Part shown: positions 11,897 through 36,155 of the stretch, piece by piece
How the letters are laid out: every line of letters starts with the position of its first letter
Numbering within the stretch: position 1 is the stretch's first letter
DNA from: Yuukianura sp. NJ FZ-2021
Taxonomy: Eukaryota
Length of the DNA stretch: 64,000 bases
Assembly (NCBI GenBank): GCA_046563655.1
Contig: CM102286.1
Location: 2,232,001-2,296,000 of the forward strand
Reading direction: 5' to 3'
Translations under genes and position numbers: made by a program
Notes under the pieces: model-generated
Told to the model about the DNA's origin: nothing
What the model saw: the letters and a program-made list of their open reading frames with translations, nothing else
Database searches by the model: none

Positions 11897-12660
11897 TGTT
11901 CCGTTGACTTTGACTACTATTATGTTTCAGAAGAAAGGTAAAATTAGAAATGTTCAACTAATTACTAATTGTATGGTTTCTTCTACCTAGTACTAGAGGA
12001 GTTGGACTTCGATCAGCTGATCGTTGGACTCAATTGCTGTTATCTTATCAGTAGTGATGAGTGGCTCTAACGCAGTGGTGATCAGCTGATACGGCAGTTT
12101 TTAGTCGTGCGGGGGTCAGGGGCAACGGCAAAGAGCAAGATGACCTTTGTCCATGGATTAATTAATCATTGCAACTGTCTCTTCTTTAGCCCCTGGACAC
12201 TGCGTTTGCAGTAATCAAATAACTTCCGACCCTGGCTTTAAGTGGAGACTATGAAGGTGTTAAGAATGTCAAAGTGTTACCAAACACCAAAGTGTTTAGG
12301 CCATGGGGGGCTTAAAAGGGGGTGCTGAGGGGCGGGGCTAAATATGCAAATTAAGGCTCTACACAGCACATCGGGCATAGACTTTCCCTTTTTTCGCGTG
12401 TCTATTCACAGTTTTCCTTCTCCCATTGTGCTATAGTATGCCTGTCTCTGCATGGATTTCCTTTGCCTCTCTCCTCCAACATCAGTTTTTGCCTGCACTC
12501 CCTCCCTTTAGCCCATTCATTTCACTGTGTAACTCGCATTTTCAAAAGTTATTTATTCAGTTTATAAATAAACATCATCAACAACAGTGGAGTGTCAATA
12601 AGAGATGAGGATCACACTAATCCAACTGGAAATCACAGCGGAATAAAACCTATATGTAAG
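11897..12660. promoter_or_regulatory. Divergent (bidirectional) promoter region between seipin and gek
   Basis: Head-to-head start codons ~1.2 kb apart; CAGCTG E-boxes (~12015, ~12083), GC box 12329-12338, octamer ATGCAAAT 12344-12351. Confidence 0.6.
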
Positions 12661-13083
12661 TCCATGAAACAGACGACCGACACACGGCGAAAGTGAAAAG
12701 GAAAGGTATGAACGGGATAAACCAGTTATCGATTACCTCTACACACTAAACAATCAAGTTACGTACGACACACCTTCACCAACAAGCAACGGTGTTGACA
12801 TTCTTACCTCTGTTGTGCGAAAACGGTTTCCTGGAGGTGGCTGAATCAATACACTTGTAAAAACGGAGTGTTCAAAATCGATTAAAAGGTTAGTAATCTC
12901 GATCACATGAATCGAGAGCTGAAATCTACTGGTGATTAACAGTTTCCTTTGTGTTAATTACAGGTACTGACGACGACGAGACAGTGGTTCGTTTCAAGTC
13001 ATCGGTCGCTTATAAGAATTCGGACGAGTATGAAGCTGTAACGGAGTTCTCGTACGACACAAGTTGATCTTTCGGTAACCACC

Positions 13084-24587
<11,504 letters not shown>

Positions 24588-26502
24588 TTTGGGCGACAAC
24601 CACCGTGAAATTGTGAAATGATAACGCAAAGGCTGGGGAAAATTCGGAATTCCAAAGTTGCTGTTTTGAAAACTCGGGAATTCCAAAGTTGCTGTTTTGT
24701 TTTGCGACGAAAGTGCACAAGAGTTGTGAGTTGTAGACGAAAGTAGAAGTGAAGTATTTAGAAGATTCTTCAAACGCAAGGTGAGAAGACACGTTTTAGC
24801 AATGTTTTTCAAAGTGGTGATGCGATAGGCTACGACGTTGTTGTTTGATTTTTGGCCCTAAACGGAGACAATACTATGCTCTGTATCTGCTCTTCCATTT
24901 GCAAAAACTTTGAAATACTCTGGATTTCTCTGGAAAAGTAGAAATCTAAAGTACCATGACCTAATTTACTTACCTTATGCCTTACATTATGCTAAAATGT
25001 ACACAATGAGCATTTAGGAGTCTTCTTCAGTTGACGTATTTGAAAAATGGCGGGCATTAGCAGTGTACATGGCGTAAGATTTAACACGGACAACGAAGTA
25101 GCCGGTCTTTTAGGTAGAAAATGTTAGTCGTTCAAAGATCGTTTGTATACACCAGCCCAGGAGACACAGAATCACAAAAACGTAACTCGGGTATTTCCTA
25201 ACTTTGTCAGAATTAATTATTATATTAATTAAGTATTAACATTATTTAATTAGTTTTGTTGAAATTCAACAAGCATGGTTTAGATTTGTAAAAATCAAGG
25301 AACCTTTTTGTCTCCTATCGAATGTTTAAGGAGACGTTCGAACTGTACTTACGAGGTTACTGTTTGTTTCGAACGATTTATGAATTGAGAGTTCAACTTT
25401 TTGACAAAAACAACTAATTGTATTTGGAGTCCTCTTTTTTAGCTTTACTTTGTGATATGTGATTTTTTCTTAATTTGTATTGACAAAAATGCTGAGTTGA
25501 TTGTGTTTTTGACTAAATGGGACGACAAAATGGCCCAAGCAACACAAGTTCACAGGTCAAGTATTACATATAGCCAGTTTGTATTATTGAAGAAATACCA
25601 TTTGGATAATAGAGTTAATTTAATAGTTTGAAAACTAAGACTAAACTTTTCGTAGAATGTTCTTTAGGCAGTAATTAATTAAGTTTCTCTTGACGTTTCG
25701 TGTTATTAGAGTTTTTTTTTAATTTTCCTCACCGGAAAAGTTCTTGAAATAACACACGCTTACCTAATATCACAAATTAAATGAAGGAAATTGAAATAAA
25801 ATAATAAATTGTTCGTAGAGATGTAAATCATTGGCGTAGTTTTCAATGGCAACATTTTTACATCGTTTTTCTTAGCATGGGTAACAAGTCAATGAAACTT
25901 AACTAAAATAGGTACTTACTAACCAACCTTATTCTTTTTTTTTGTAGGTGTTACAGACCCGAGATTTGAAACTGCATTCCAGAAAAGCACTTTTTCAAGG
26001 CTATGAGCATCGACGGATACTGGATGTGAAAATGCGTTAATCACTCACTCATCTCCAAATCGCATTACTTGTTGGTTGCTGGTTGTAAACAATACTGTAT
26101 TTACGTTTTTTTTTTTGTTTGGACATGTGTTTTCAGTTCTATCCAGTTCATTTTGTTCATGTGTACTAGTTTATTTTTTACGTTTTGCGCTTACGATTTA
26201 TTAGCGTATCTGCGACTCCGCCTATTTACACTTTTGTTGACAGGGATCGGCGGGGTATAAGTTTCGTGGAATGGGCTGCACGGATATGATACGAGACGAG
26301 GAGGGGAGGGCTGAAGAGGAAGACATAGCAAGAGGATGAGAGGAGAAAATCAAGGCGGCTTGCTAGTAATCAAGCTTTCAGTCAGATGTGAAGTACAAGT
26401 AAACAGTCTGCGTATAAGGTTGTATTGGCTAATTAATCAATCGTTTTAGGAAAGGGCTGCATTAACCGACGTGCTGGAACTCCAGCGATTGTCGAATGCG
26501 AA

Positions 26503-29500
26503 ATGGTAAGCTATTATTAGGATTTGTACTTCAAAAGTTATTTACGACCTTGTTGAAGAAGAAGCCGCTTTCTGTTTGTACGGGCGGAAAACGTTACACC
26601 TACGCTTTAACTACATAGTGAATTTATTTGTATGTTACAGCAAGAAAACGATCCGCCATATTTGACTGTCGGGACGGAAGTGAGTGCCAAGTACAAAGGG
26701 GCCTTCTGTGAAGCCAAGATCCGAAAAGTTGTGAGAGTCGTCAAATGCAAGGTAAATATGATTAACAATGATTTTAAATGACGTTTTTTTATCAGTGACT
26801 AGTAAGTGAATACGAATATGAAGAATTAAAGGGTCCATGCCATTACATCGAAAAAAAGACATCGAAAGAAAAGACATCGGAGAAAAAGACATCGAAAAGA
26901 AACACATCGAAAGTAGAAACACATCGAAAATATAAACACATCGAAACAAAAGACATCGAAAAAAAGACATCGAAAATGCAAACACATCGAAACAAAAGAC
27001 ATCGAAAACTAACCTCAGCCAGCCAAACTACGTACGCAATCACTATTGCGTGCTTTACCAAACCTAACGCCGCGCCTTCGGCGCGGAAATTCCAACGAAA
27101 TTTGTGCGTGCAGTTTCAGTCTAAAAATGAAAACTTTAGGTTTGGCGCTAAGTTTGGTAAAGGACGCAATAGTGATTGCGTGCGTAGGTTTGGCTGGCTG
27201 AGGTTAGTTTTCGATGTCTTTTGTTTCGATGTGTTTGCATTTTCGATGTCTTTTTTTTCGATGTCTTTTGTTTCGATGTGTTTATATTTTCGATGTGTTT
27301 CTACTTTCGATGTGTTTCTTTTCGATGTCTTTTTCTCCGATGTCTTTTCCTTCGATGTCTTTTTTTCGATGTAATGGCGTGCTTCGGAATTAAATGTTAG
27401 TAATAAGTGAGTTGTTCTTTCAGGTAACATTCAAGTCTGGACTGGGCAGTGTTCTCTTGTCAGATGACCAAATCAAAGGAAGTCTTCGGGTAAATTCATG
27501 CAAAGTGTCATGTTCATCCTGATTCTTATGATAACTTTATAGCGCATTAACTAAAAAGATGTTCTATACAGGTAGGTGCAAACGTTGAAGCGAGACACCC
27601 TGACAAGAATGCCTACATCGAAGCAGTAATTAACAAAATACAAGACTGCAGTCAATACACAGTTGTTTTTGACGATGGAGATATAACAACTCTTCGTCGT
27701 TCTGCTTTATGTCTCAAAAGTGGACGACATTTTAATGAGAGCGATACCTTGGATCATTTGCCACTGACCCATCCAGAACATTTTAGTAATCCTGTTGTAG
27801 GAGGCAGGCGGAATGTTCGGAGGAGACGAGATGCATTGTGAGTCTTCTTTTTATTAACCTGATTCAACCATAAAACTGGTTCTTTAATTTGATTTCGGTT
27901 GCAGGTCGGATGATATTGGGGAAGGAGATGACAGCGGAGATGATGAGTCGTTACCGTCAAGCACCAAAGGAATGTCGCAGTTCAATCAGGACGACGGAGA
28001 CGTCGATATTGGAAAAGTAGTCTGTGTGGAAATCACGGACAAGAAGAAGGGAAAAGATAGTTGGTTCCCTGCTGTCATCGTCAGTCCTTCGGCTCAGGAG
28101 ACTGTCAAGATTCGGACCAAAGATGAGTACCTTGTCAGGTCATTCCGAGATGGACGATAGTAAGTGTATCTTGTTGACCTTAAGTTTCCTTCGATGCCTG
28201 ACATTACTTAATGTCATTCTATCATTTTAGCTATACAGTTCCAAAGAAGGAAATCACAAGTTTTTCGAAAGACAGCCACGGTCTAAAGAACGATGCGAAT
28301 TCAAACATTCTCAAAACCGGTAAGGTCATGGTTTAAACAGCATAAGAGCAAAAAGTGAAACATTTTGTAATTGCCTCCTACTGTTTTTAGCTATTGAGAA
28401 GGCGATTCAATTCATTGACAAGAATGAGCTGCCAGCACATTGGGACAAAGATATCCTGTTTTCCGCTGTTGACGATCCCACTGAAGAAATTGAAGATCCC
28501 GGAGAGGGTTCCGAGTCAGAAGTAAGTTTTCCTCTTTTTATTAAGAAAACCAATGAATTCTTAACGAAACTTCATGCATTTCGGACTTCTAGGATTCGGA
28601 GGAAGATTCTCAGGCGGAGGAGAAGGACTTATTTGTGGCTAAATTGTACAAGTACATGGAGGACAGGGGAACACCAATCAACAAAGTACCTATAGTGTGT
28701 AACCGAGACCTGGATTTACACAAACTATACAAAGTGGTAGTTGGACGTGGCGGCTACAACAAAGTGACTAATTCCAGTCAGTGGAAGTCCGTTACGGTTA
28801 AGATGGGATTCGGCTCCATGCCAAGCACGTCCACGATCAATCTCGTCAAGCAAGGATACAAAAAGTATGTAAACTAAAATTCCTAAGTCTTTAATGATCA
28901 AGCTTATCGAAATTATTGCATTTCCTTCCATTATTTCCAGGTTTATCCACAACTTTGAAGAGTTTACGCGAAAATTGGGCTGTAATTTTCCTGCTGGAGG
29001 TTCTTCTACATCTGCACGAGCTAATCGAATTATGTTCAGAGATCGGCATACTTCTAGTTCGTCAAAGGAGTTGAAGAAAGCAGAGGAAGCCAAGGCTGCC
29101 CAAAAAGAAGCCATCAAAGAGCCTACTCCACCAGTGGAAGTTGTGGCTCCAACAATCGAGTCAACGCCTACGGTTGCCCCACCGACTCCGACCCCACCAC
29201 AACCTTCTGTATCAGCAGCAACTGAAGACATAGAAGCCAAGAAGGTCGATGATGCCGAAGAGATTCCACGGAGAGCTCGCAGTCGCCAAGAAAATCGACA
29301 GAAAACGAAGGAAGAAGAGATGGAAGAGAAGGAAAAGGGAGAACAGACTCCGAGTCCTGTGAAAAAACGAAGACGAATGGCGAACAAGGACAAGGAAGAG
29401 AAATCGTTGCCAGTAGTCACTACACCAGTCGTGCGAGCAGTATCGGAACCAGCATCATCAACATCTTCAATATCTACGCCTATAATGGCTCCTGCTTCTC

Positions 29501-32500
29501 CCACGAAACGAAGTATTGGAAGAGGCAAATACAAGAGGAAAGACGAGAAAAAGGAAATGCTGGAGCCAGTTATTCCACCCGAAGAGTATCCGACTGGCAG
29601 AGAATTTGTTGGGAAGGAGATTCAGATACAAATAGGCGATAAGCTCAGCGTTTACTATGGGAAGGAATCGGAGGGAAAGAAATACGAAGCTAAGGTAAGT
29701 AACTCAAAACTTGAATTTCAAAAATTTCATTCAGTACTTTTCAAAAATTACACTTCATCAGTTACTAACTTTCTGCAAATTTAATAGGTTGTTGACCGAA
29801 ACGAAAATCAAGAGCTGTTCTTTGTGCATTATGCTGGCTGGAATACGCGTTATGATGAGTGGATCCCGCGCTATCGAATCGCTGAAAATTTAAGTTTAAG
29901 GACTGAACAAGTAACTTCAGTTCCACAAGGTTGGTACTTGCAAAGCTAATTTTTGTGAATTTGAATTGTAATTTCTAATCTGAATACTAATGTTACCTTA
30001 ATTGCGACGGTTTTATTGGATTCATTCGTATTGCTTTGTGATCGTTTAAAATACGTTTAGTAGCTTTTTGCTTTTTTAGCACTGTGTGGCTCTTCGCTTA
30101 GTGTCTTACTTTTATGCATTTTAGGTAGGATTTGTGCTTTGGTAGTGTAGTAATGGTGTTGATGAATTTGCTATGTTGGTGTTCATGTAATTACTAACGC
30201 CTAATACTAACAATCGGTACTGAATTTCAGATGAGAGGAATGAAACTTGTCGAAGAGTAAATAGAAAATTTAACGCTTCTCTTAAAGGTCGCGGTCCATC
30301 TCAGTCGTCTACGTCTGATGGAACTGTGAGTGATTCAGGGACGCCTGGAAGTTTCAAGGGTCCAACCCCTGGGGCTAAACCTGCCAGAAAGAAACTAAAG
30401 CAGCCGACAATGTCAACTCCCGCCAGTGCAACCAAAACCAAATCCAATGTTACGCCGAGAAAACGTTTGTCAAGTGAAGGAGACGCGAAATTGACAAAGA
30501 GAACAAGGAAAAGAGGCAAGTTATTTTATCGCTAGCTCTTTTTGATTTTTTAAACAGTTTAAACAAAGTTCTCAGTTTTCTTATAAGTTAAATTTGTTTC
30601 AGCACTTTCAGGTGGAGAACCTACGGGAGATTCGTCAGAATCCGAAGGAAAGGCAAAACCATTGAAACGCATTCGAAAACCAAAGAAAATCTATGACCCA
30701 GGAGAGGGTGATTGGAAAAACAGTGTTCCAAGTCCAGATATTTTGGATTTCTCTAATGAAGAAAGACGTAAAGAACCAACTCAGTCGAATCAAGTAATTG
30801 ACTTGAATAAGCTACGATCCGAAATGAAGGGAATTGATAAAATGGTCAAAGTTTCTGCTGTTGTACCGGAAATGGCCCAAGTCACCTCGGAACTTCCTGG
30901 AAAAGGGACTGAGTTGGACACAAAACTGGAGATTCGTGCTTTTTCGAAGGCAGAGACGCCTCGGGCTACTATCGAAGCGGAAGCAGAAACGAAACTGACC
31001 AAGGAAGAAGTGTCAGCGATGCTGCAAAATGCTGAAAAGAGTGTTGAAATTCCAAAGGAAGAGAAAGTTGATGCTGATACGGATGTGAAACAGGAGAAGA
31101 TTGTTGAACGAGGGCCTAGTCTGAAGGAAACAGCGAATTCCGACAAACTAAAGTTGTTGCCGGAAGTTGATGTGAAGGAGGAGGCTGAAGAGTCCAAACC
31201 TAGAGGCAAAGATGGCGGCGAGGGACCTCCTGAAGCAAGATGTTAAACCTACGGAAGATGCTGAAGTTGAAATTGGGAAGCCTGCGCAGATCGAAAAGGC
31301 GAAAAATAGTATAATGGAAACTATTGAGCAAGTATCGTCTAATACTGCTGGAGTTAATCAAGTCTCATCAATTGACATTATACCTGCACCGTCATCGAAA
31401 GCTACGAAAACACTGGCAGAACCAATCACTAGTATTCCCCGTCCACCACTGCCAGCTCTACTGAGAGCATCAGCTCCAACACCAGTAAGTTAGCATATAT
31501 AAAGTCAAATTGTTCATGAAACGACAATTTTTTGTCTAAAACAATGTATATGCGACGATCCTTTCTGTACATACAACGCTTTATGATTGTTTTTGCTTTA
31601 CTGTTTCAGATTTTACCAAATTTGATTCCACCGGTTCGAAGCACCACACCAATTACAATTACAATTCCACCGCGAGCTCAACGACCAATTTTAATCAAAT
31701 GTCCAACTCCTACAAGTTCAACTATTGCGGTTCCTACTACAATAACAATCTCTACGCCTTCTTCAGCTCCAGCTCCAACGCCACCACAGCTGATAATAGC
31801 CAAACCTTTGATTACTATTCCGAAGAGTCTGCCAGCCACTGCGAAACTGACAGGAATGGACGAAAAGGAGAAAGATTCTGCGCAGGTCCAGCAACAACAG
31901 CAAATTCAGACAGTAGCATCTCCTGTCCCACCAAAGACTTCATTGGAAAAGGTGTCACCTACTATAACCTTGATAACGACAACTTCACCTGTAAAAGGAG
32001 CTGCGTTAACTGCTGGACAAAGTACTCCAACGGTCCACGTTCGGCCTAAACTGACAGAAACTGGGCCTAAACTGGCTTCTTACCCGACAGCACGTATTCG
32101 AGCGCCTACTGGAGTAGGTTCTGGGCAACTATTACCGTTAACTCCTGGATTTGGCGGAGTTAAGAAGCGGAGGAAGGTAAGTAAACAAATTGTTGAGTCT
32201 TCTGGCTCCTCGGATGAGCAGGAAGCGAAGAGACAAAAACGACAAGTTTATGCTCCTAAGACTTTTAAGCAAGTTACCTTGCAAGTTAATCAGCCACCGA
32301 AAACTTCACAAGGAAGTTCTGTAACTCCGGCAGCAACTACGACTATTTCTACTACAATAGGTGCAGTAGTTGCCTCAGCATCGACTTCATCTTCAACTTT
32401 GACTGGTGCACCACCAACTCTTGCACAAAAGAAGCAACAAATTCCTTCTGCCAAGGTGACACCGATACTGAAAGTGCAGTATGGCTCGGAGAAGAGACCG

Positions 32501-33773
32501 ATGTCGCCAGGAGGAAAAATTGTTTCTGGAAAATACACAAGAGTGGAACCTCTGCTTAAAGTTGTCAAGAAACCGGCAGCTTCTGCGTTGAAATCGGCAC
32601 AACCGCCAGCATCCAGTAGTCAAGTATTGCCAGCATCCAGTACTCAAGTATCGCAGGCTCAACAACCACTTGCCAAAAAAGTACAACCAGTGGCAGTATC
32701 TTCGCCAGCACAAGCACCAATGACTCCAATATCACGACCCACTCTGCTGTCTGAGTCCGACCAATTCAAAAGCTCCGTCGTTGCTCCGCCTATCCAACGG
32801 TCACCTTCCCCGCCAACAATACAACTGCCTGAACTGGAGTCTCCGATGGAAGAGCAAGAACCGTTTGTTCCGTTCAAATCGTTGTTGCCACTCATTAACA
32901 CCACCGCGACTCCACCAACAGTCGTTCCTGACACGTCCAATGTTAATGTGTTGAATGTCAAGAGTGATCTTACTCTGGAGGTCAAGAAGGAAATTGCCAC
33001 AGAGGGAGACAAGAACTTTCCAGTTTCGGCTTTTGAATCACGTGGGGCGTTTGGAACTGAAAACGAAAACGAAGATGAGCAAGACACGAAGCCAATAATG
33101 TCCACAGGGTCAATGGAACACCCAGCTCCAGGAGAGGAATCTTGTCACTCCTTGCTTTGCGAAGAAGAAATTCCTGGAAGTCCAACGCCAGGAGCAGATT
33201 CCAAACCGTTTCTATTTGAAGACACGAATGCCATGGAGTTCCCACCGCACAAGATGACTCTACCGGTTGGCAGAGCTGAAAGTGTGCTGAACCAAAGCAT
33301 ATTTTCTTCACCGCCAACAGTAGTGCCACCGACGGAGAAAGCACTCGCATCTTTTCCGGTGACAACGTCGGCTACTCCAACCAAAACTGGTGATTCAGTG
33401 CTTGAGACGACATCGACCACAGTTTCAACGGCATCTGTGGCGCAAGAGAGAGCATTTACGGCAGTTAGCTCGATATCGGCCCTTTACAGGCATGCATTTG
33501 ACAAGGATTTGGTAAAACCGAAACAACTTTCCAGTGGAGAGGAAAACCAGGTTGAAAATTCACCGCTGCCAATGTCATCGACTAGCAGCATTTCGACGGG
33601 ATCTCCTCGCGCGTTAGTTTTAATGTTAACTTTAACCGTATAGTGGCGTAGTTAAGTTTATGTTAACCTTTGAATTTCTTAAATTACAGGGGAGACGGTG
33701 AGACTAAGCTGAGCAGTGGAGAAAACAAGTCCAAAGAGCCCTCGGATACTGACAGCATTGACTGTTTACCAAA
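26503..33773 (+). CDS. ARID4: AT-rich interactive domain protein 4 (ARID4A/B, RBBP1; hat-trick-like), 3' end lost in assembly gap
   Basis: Exons 26503-26505 (ATG only), 26641-26751, 27424-27489, 27572-27837, 27905-28159, 28231-28319, 28391-28521, 28593-28864, 28941-29694, 29788-29929, 30231-30515, 30603-31485 (frame break ~31190-31246), 31610-33612, 33690-gap. Tudor [36 protein letters not shown]1NT/PWWP-like [34 protein letters not shown], chromobarrel [13 protein letters not shown], LxCxE (LLCEE, 33152-33166). Confidence 0.94.
26831..27386. mobile_element. Foldback (Mutator-like) non-autonomous element, 556 bp, in an ARID4 intron
   Basis: 8-bp TSD GAATTAAA (26823-26830, 27387-27394); ~230-bp inverted arms built from tandem ACATCGAA(A)n units; short central spacer. 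Confidence 0.85.
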
Positions 33774-33873
33774 NNNNNNNNNNNNNNNNNNNNNNNNNNN
33801 NNNNNNNNNNNNNNNNNNNNNNNNNNNNNNNNNNNNNNNNNNNNNNNNNNNNNNNNNNNNNNNNNNNNNNNNN
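33774..33873. other. Assembly gap (100 N)
   Basis: Run of 100 N between an ARID4 exon and an internal GNPAT exon; true gap size unknown. Confidence 0.99.
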
Positions 33874-36155
33874 TACATCCGTCGTCGATTTGGCGGGGAT
33901 CCACTGTATTGGGCTCTAATCAGCGAGTATGTGAAAACAGCTGTTCTGGAAGGCGGGCATCCACTGGAAATGTTCGTCGAAGGAACCCGAAGTAGAACTG
34001 GGAAGTCACTCAAACCCAAAATCGGTCTTTTGTCAATAATTTTGGAACTGGTCAGTTCTGGTCAAATTCCCAACATTCTTATCCTGCCCATCAGCATGAG
34101 TTACGACCGTACCCTGGAGGAACGGCTATACGCTCATGAACTTTTGGGGCAACCTAAGCCCAAGGAATCAACAAATGTAAGGACATGCAAAATTTTTAAG
34201 CACCGATTAGCTTTCATTTACTTATGGAGTGATTAATTTTTGTTGTACTGTGTATACAGGGCCTCATGAAAGCTTTAAAGTGGCTGGGAAGCCAAAGTTA
34301 CGGCTCAGTCTACGTAAACTTCGGGAATTTAATTTCCGTCCGAGAAATGCTCGAAGCCAAGTCAAATCCTGTCACAAGTATTCGTGCCGAACAGTATCTC
34401 AAAAGTGTTCAAGAAATTGCTCTCAAAGTAGTATTAGATCAACAAGCAAATCTAGTCGTACCGATCATTGGAGGAATTTCGTTAATTGTCATTTCAGAGG
34501 TAACTAGTGAAAACACTTAACCTTCAATTACTAATTGATTATCCTTGCTCTTCTTAACCAACATTATCTTGTTTCTGATTCCAGTTAGCAAGAAATGATG
34601 CATTTGCAATGCCCTTGAAGTCTCTCCTTCAGCGTCTCGAATTTCTTCAATTTTTGTTGAATTCAAGACATTCCCGGTTTGGGTATCCACTCATGCGCGA
34701 ATCGCTGGAATCCAATGTCCGTTATATCATCAGCGTACATCCATCTCTGCTCAGTATTACAACGGAAAGTCCAGGCGGTGATCTCGTCGTTGGAAAATTC
34801 GCGTCTGGAGATTCAATTCAGTTGATGGTGTTTCAACATTATACAAATCAAATCCTCAACAACATTTTTCCATTATGTATCGTGGCTCTTCTGGATCAAG
34901 TTGACAACGTCATAAGTCCTCTGGAAAATGCAAACAAAGACTCAAGTATTTCAAATTCCTCGTCCGAAGTAGAAGGAAACTACATCTTTATGAGAGAAGT
35001 TTTTCAAGAGGATTTTCTGTACGAAACGAGTACAATTAGGCAGGTAATTGTGACTTTAGGTGTAGTACTTGCACTATTTTACTGGCGGAAAAAAACATAC
35101 CGTAAAACTTCTTATACAAACCCCGGCGTCTTTTTATTTTTCGTGCCTCCAGTCCTGGCTTGTATTCCCGGAGAGTACTGGAGACCCGACATGTATTGAG
35201 GAGGTATTTATTAGAAGTTTTACGGTAATGCTTTGGTGGTTTGTTGTAATACAGCTGTGGAACTGTAGGTTTAATACTTTCCCATGGTCATTTACATAGT
35301 AAACGTTGTTTAAAGCATCTGGATTGTCTGGAAAGCAGCAGAGAGGTTTTACAGCTCCGTCGCTTTGCCTCCTTTGTTTGTTGTGACATGATACTCTTGA
35401 GAAATCCCACACAGACACTTGTGGCTTGTTTCGACTCAAAATTCACACACACACTACACAAACCAAGCCGCTTTTAAGAGCATATGCTGTCAAACTAACA
35501 ACTTAACGAAAACTAGATACTAAAAACTTAGCGAAATCTAAAACAACTTTATGTCCACATGTCAACTTACTTTTGTGTTATTAGCTCTACTGTGTAAATG
35601 TTAATGAAGTAAATTGAATACATAATGATAAATTTTTCAACTTGAGTTTCAAAAACTGTTTGGTTTTGCTTTGCAGGAACTGGAGTGGGCATTGACCTTG
35701 TACAATTCGTTGAAAGATGCTTCCAAGTGTGAACGTGTTGGAAATACTTGTCGTGATGGAAGCTTCGAATCAAGTACTGCTGAATATGGACACTTCTGTG
35801 AGCTACAAATCCTGCGCCGTGCTCTGGAACCTTACTTTATGTCGTACTGGGGAGTTGCAAAAAAGCTGGAAGAAGTAAATTTTTTAACATTCAAAATGTT
35901 AAAATATTTCAAATTCAGGTTTTCTGTGATGATTTCTAACATGAGGTTTCAATTTGTTTTGACGTTTTAGATAACTCGGATCAATACGGCGACACGTTAT
36001 GAAATGAAGGAATTTGGGATTTCGTGTCAAAATTTTCTCACAGAGGAAATGAATTCTGGAAAAATTATCAATGCCTATGGAGCTCTTTCGCTGGAAACAA
36101 TTTCCAACGCACTTTCTTCATTTGTTCGATTTTCAGCTTTGGAACGAGTCAAAAT
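33874..36155 (+). CDS. GNPAT: Dihydroxyacetone-phosphate acyltransferase (GNPAT/DHAPAT), partial: 5' part in the gap, terminal exon not located
   Basis: Exons <33874-34176, 34260-34499, 34585-35043, 35677-35874, 35971-36155. IRRRFGGDPLYWALISEYVK..FVEGTRSRTGK..PISMSYDRTLEE..ELLGQPKPKEST|GLMKA matches the acyltransferase motifs of GNPAT; C-terminal YGALSLETISNAL segment. Confidence 0.88.
35098..35227. mobile_element. TA-flanked Tc1/mariner-type (Tc2/pogo-like) MITE, copy 1
   Basis: TA|CCGTAAAACTTCT...AGAAGTTTTACGG|TA in a GNPAT intron. Confidence 0.8.

Noticed and set aside
12053..12090. Box C (GTGATGA) and box D (CTGA) pair
   Set aside because: Only ~36 nt apart, too short for a C/D snoRNA; lies in promoter sequence.
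24646..24699. 23-bp direct repeat in the gek 3' UTR
   Set aside because: Simple local duplication with no further structure.
26839..27378. Regular short repeats resembling a CRISPR array
   Set aside because: No unique spacers, inverted arrangement, eukaryotic intron, no cas genes.
26635..27430. ORFs with repetitive FDVF/SMSF/KTSK peptides
   Set aside because: Translations of the ACATCGAA sub-repeats of the foldback element.
28725..29534. 269-aa antisense ORF (and similar ones at 7035-7487 and 32659-33420)
   Set aside because: Shadow ORFs opposite real coding exons.
33670..34236. 188-aa ORF suggesting an ARID4-GNPAT fusion
   Set aside because: Read-through of N characters in an assembly gap.
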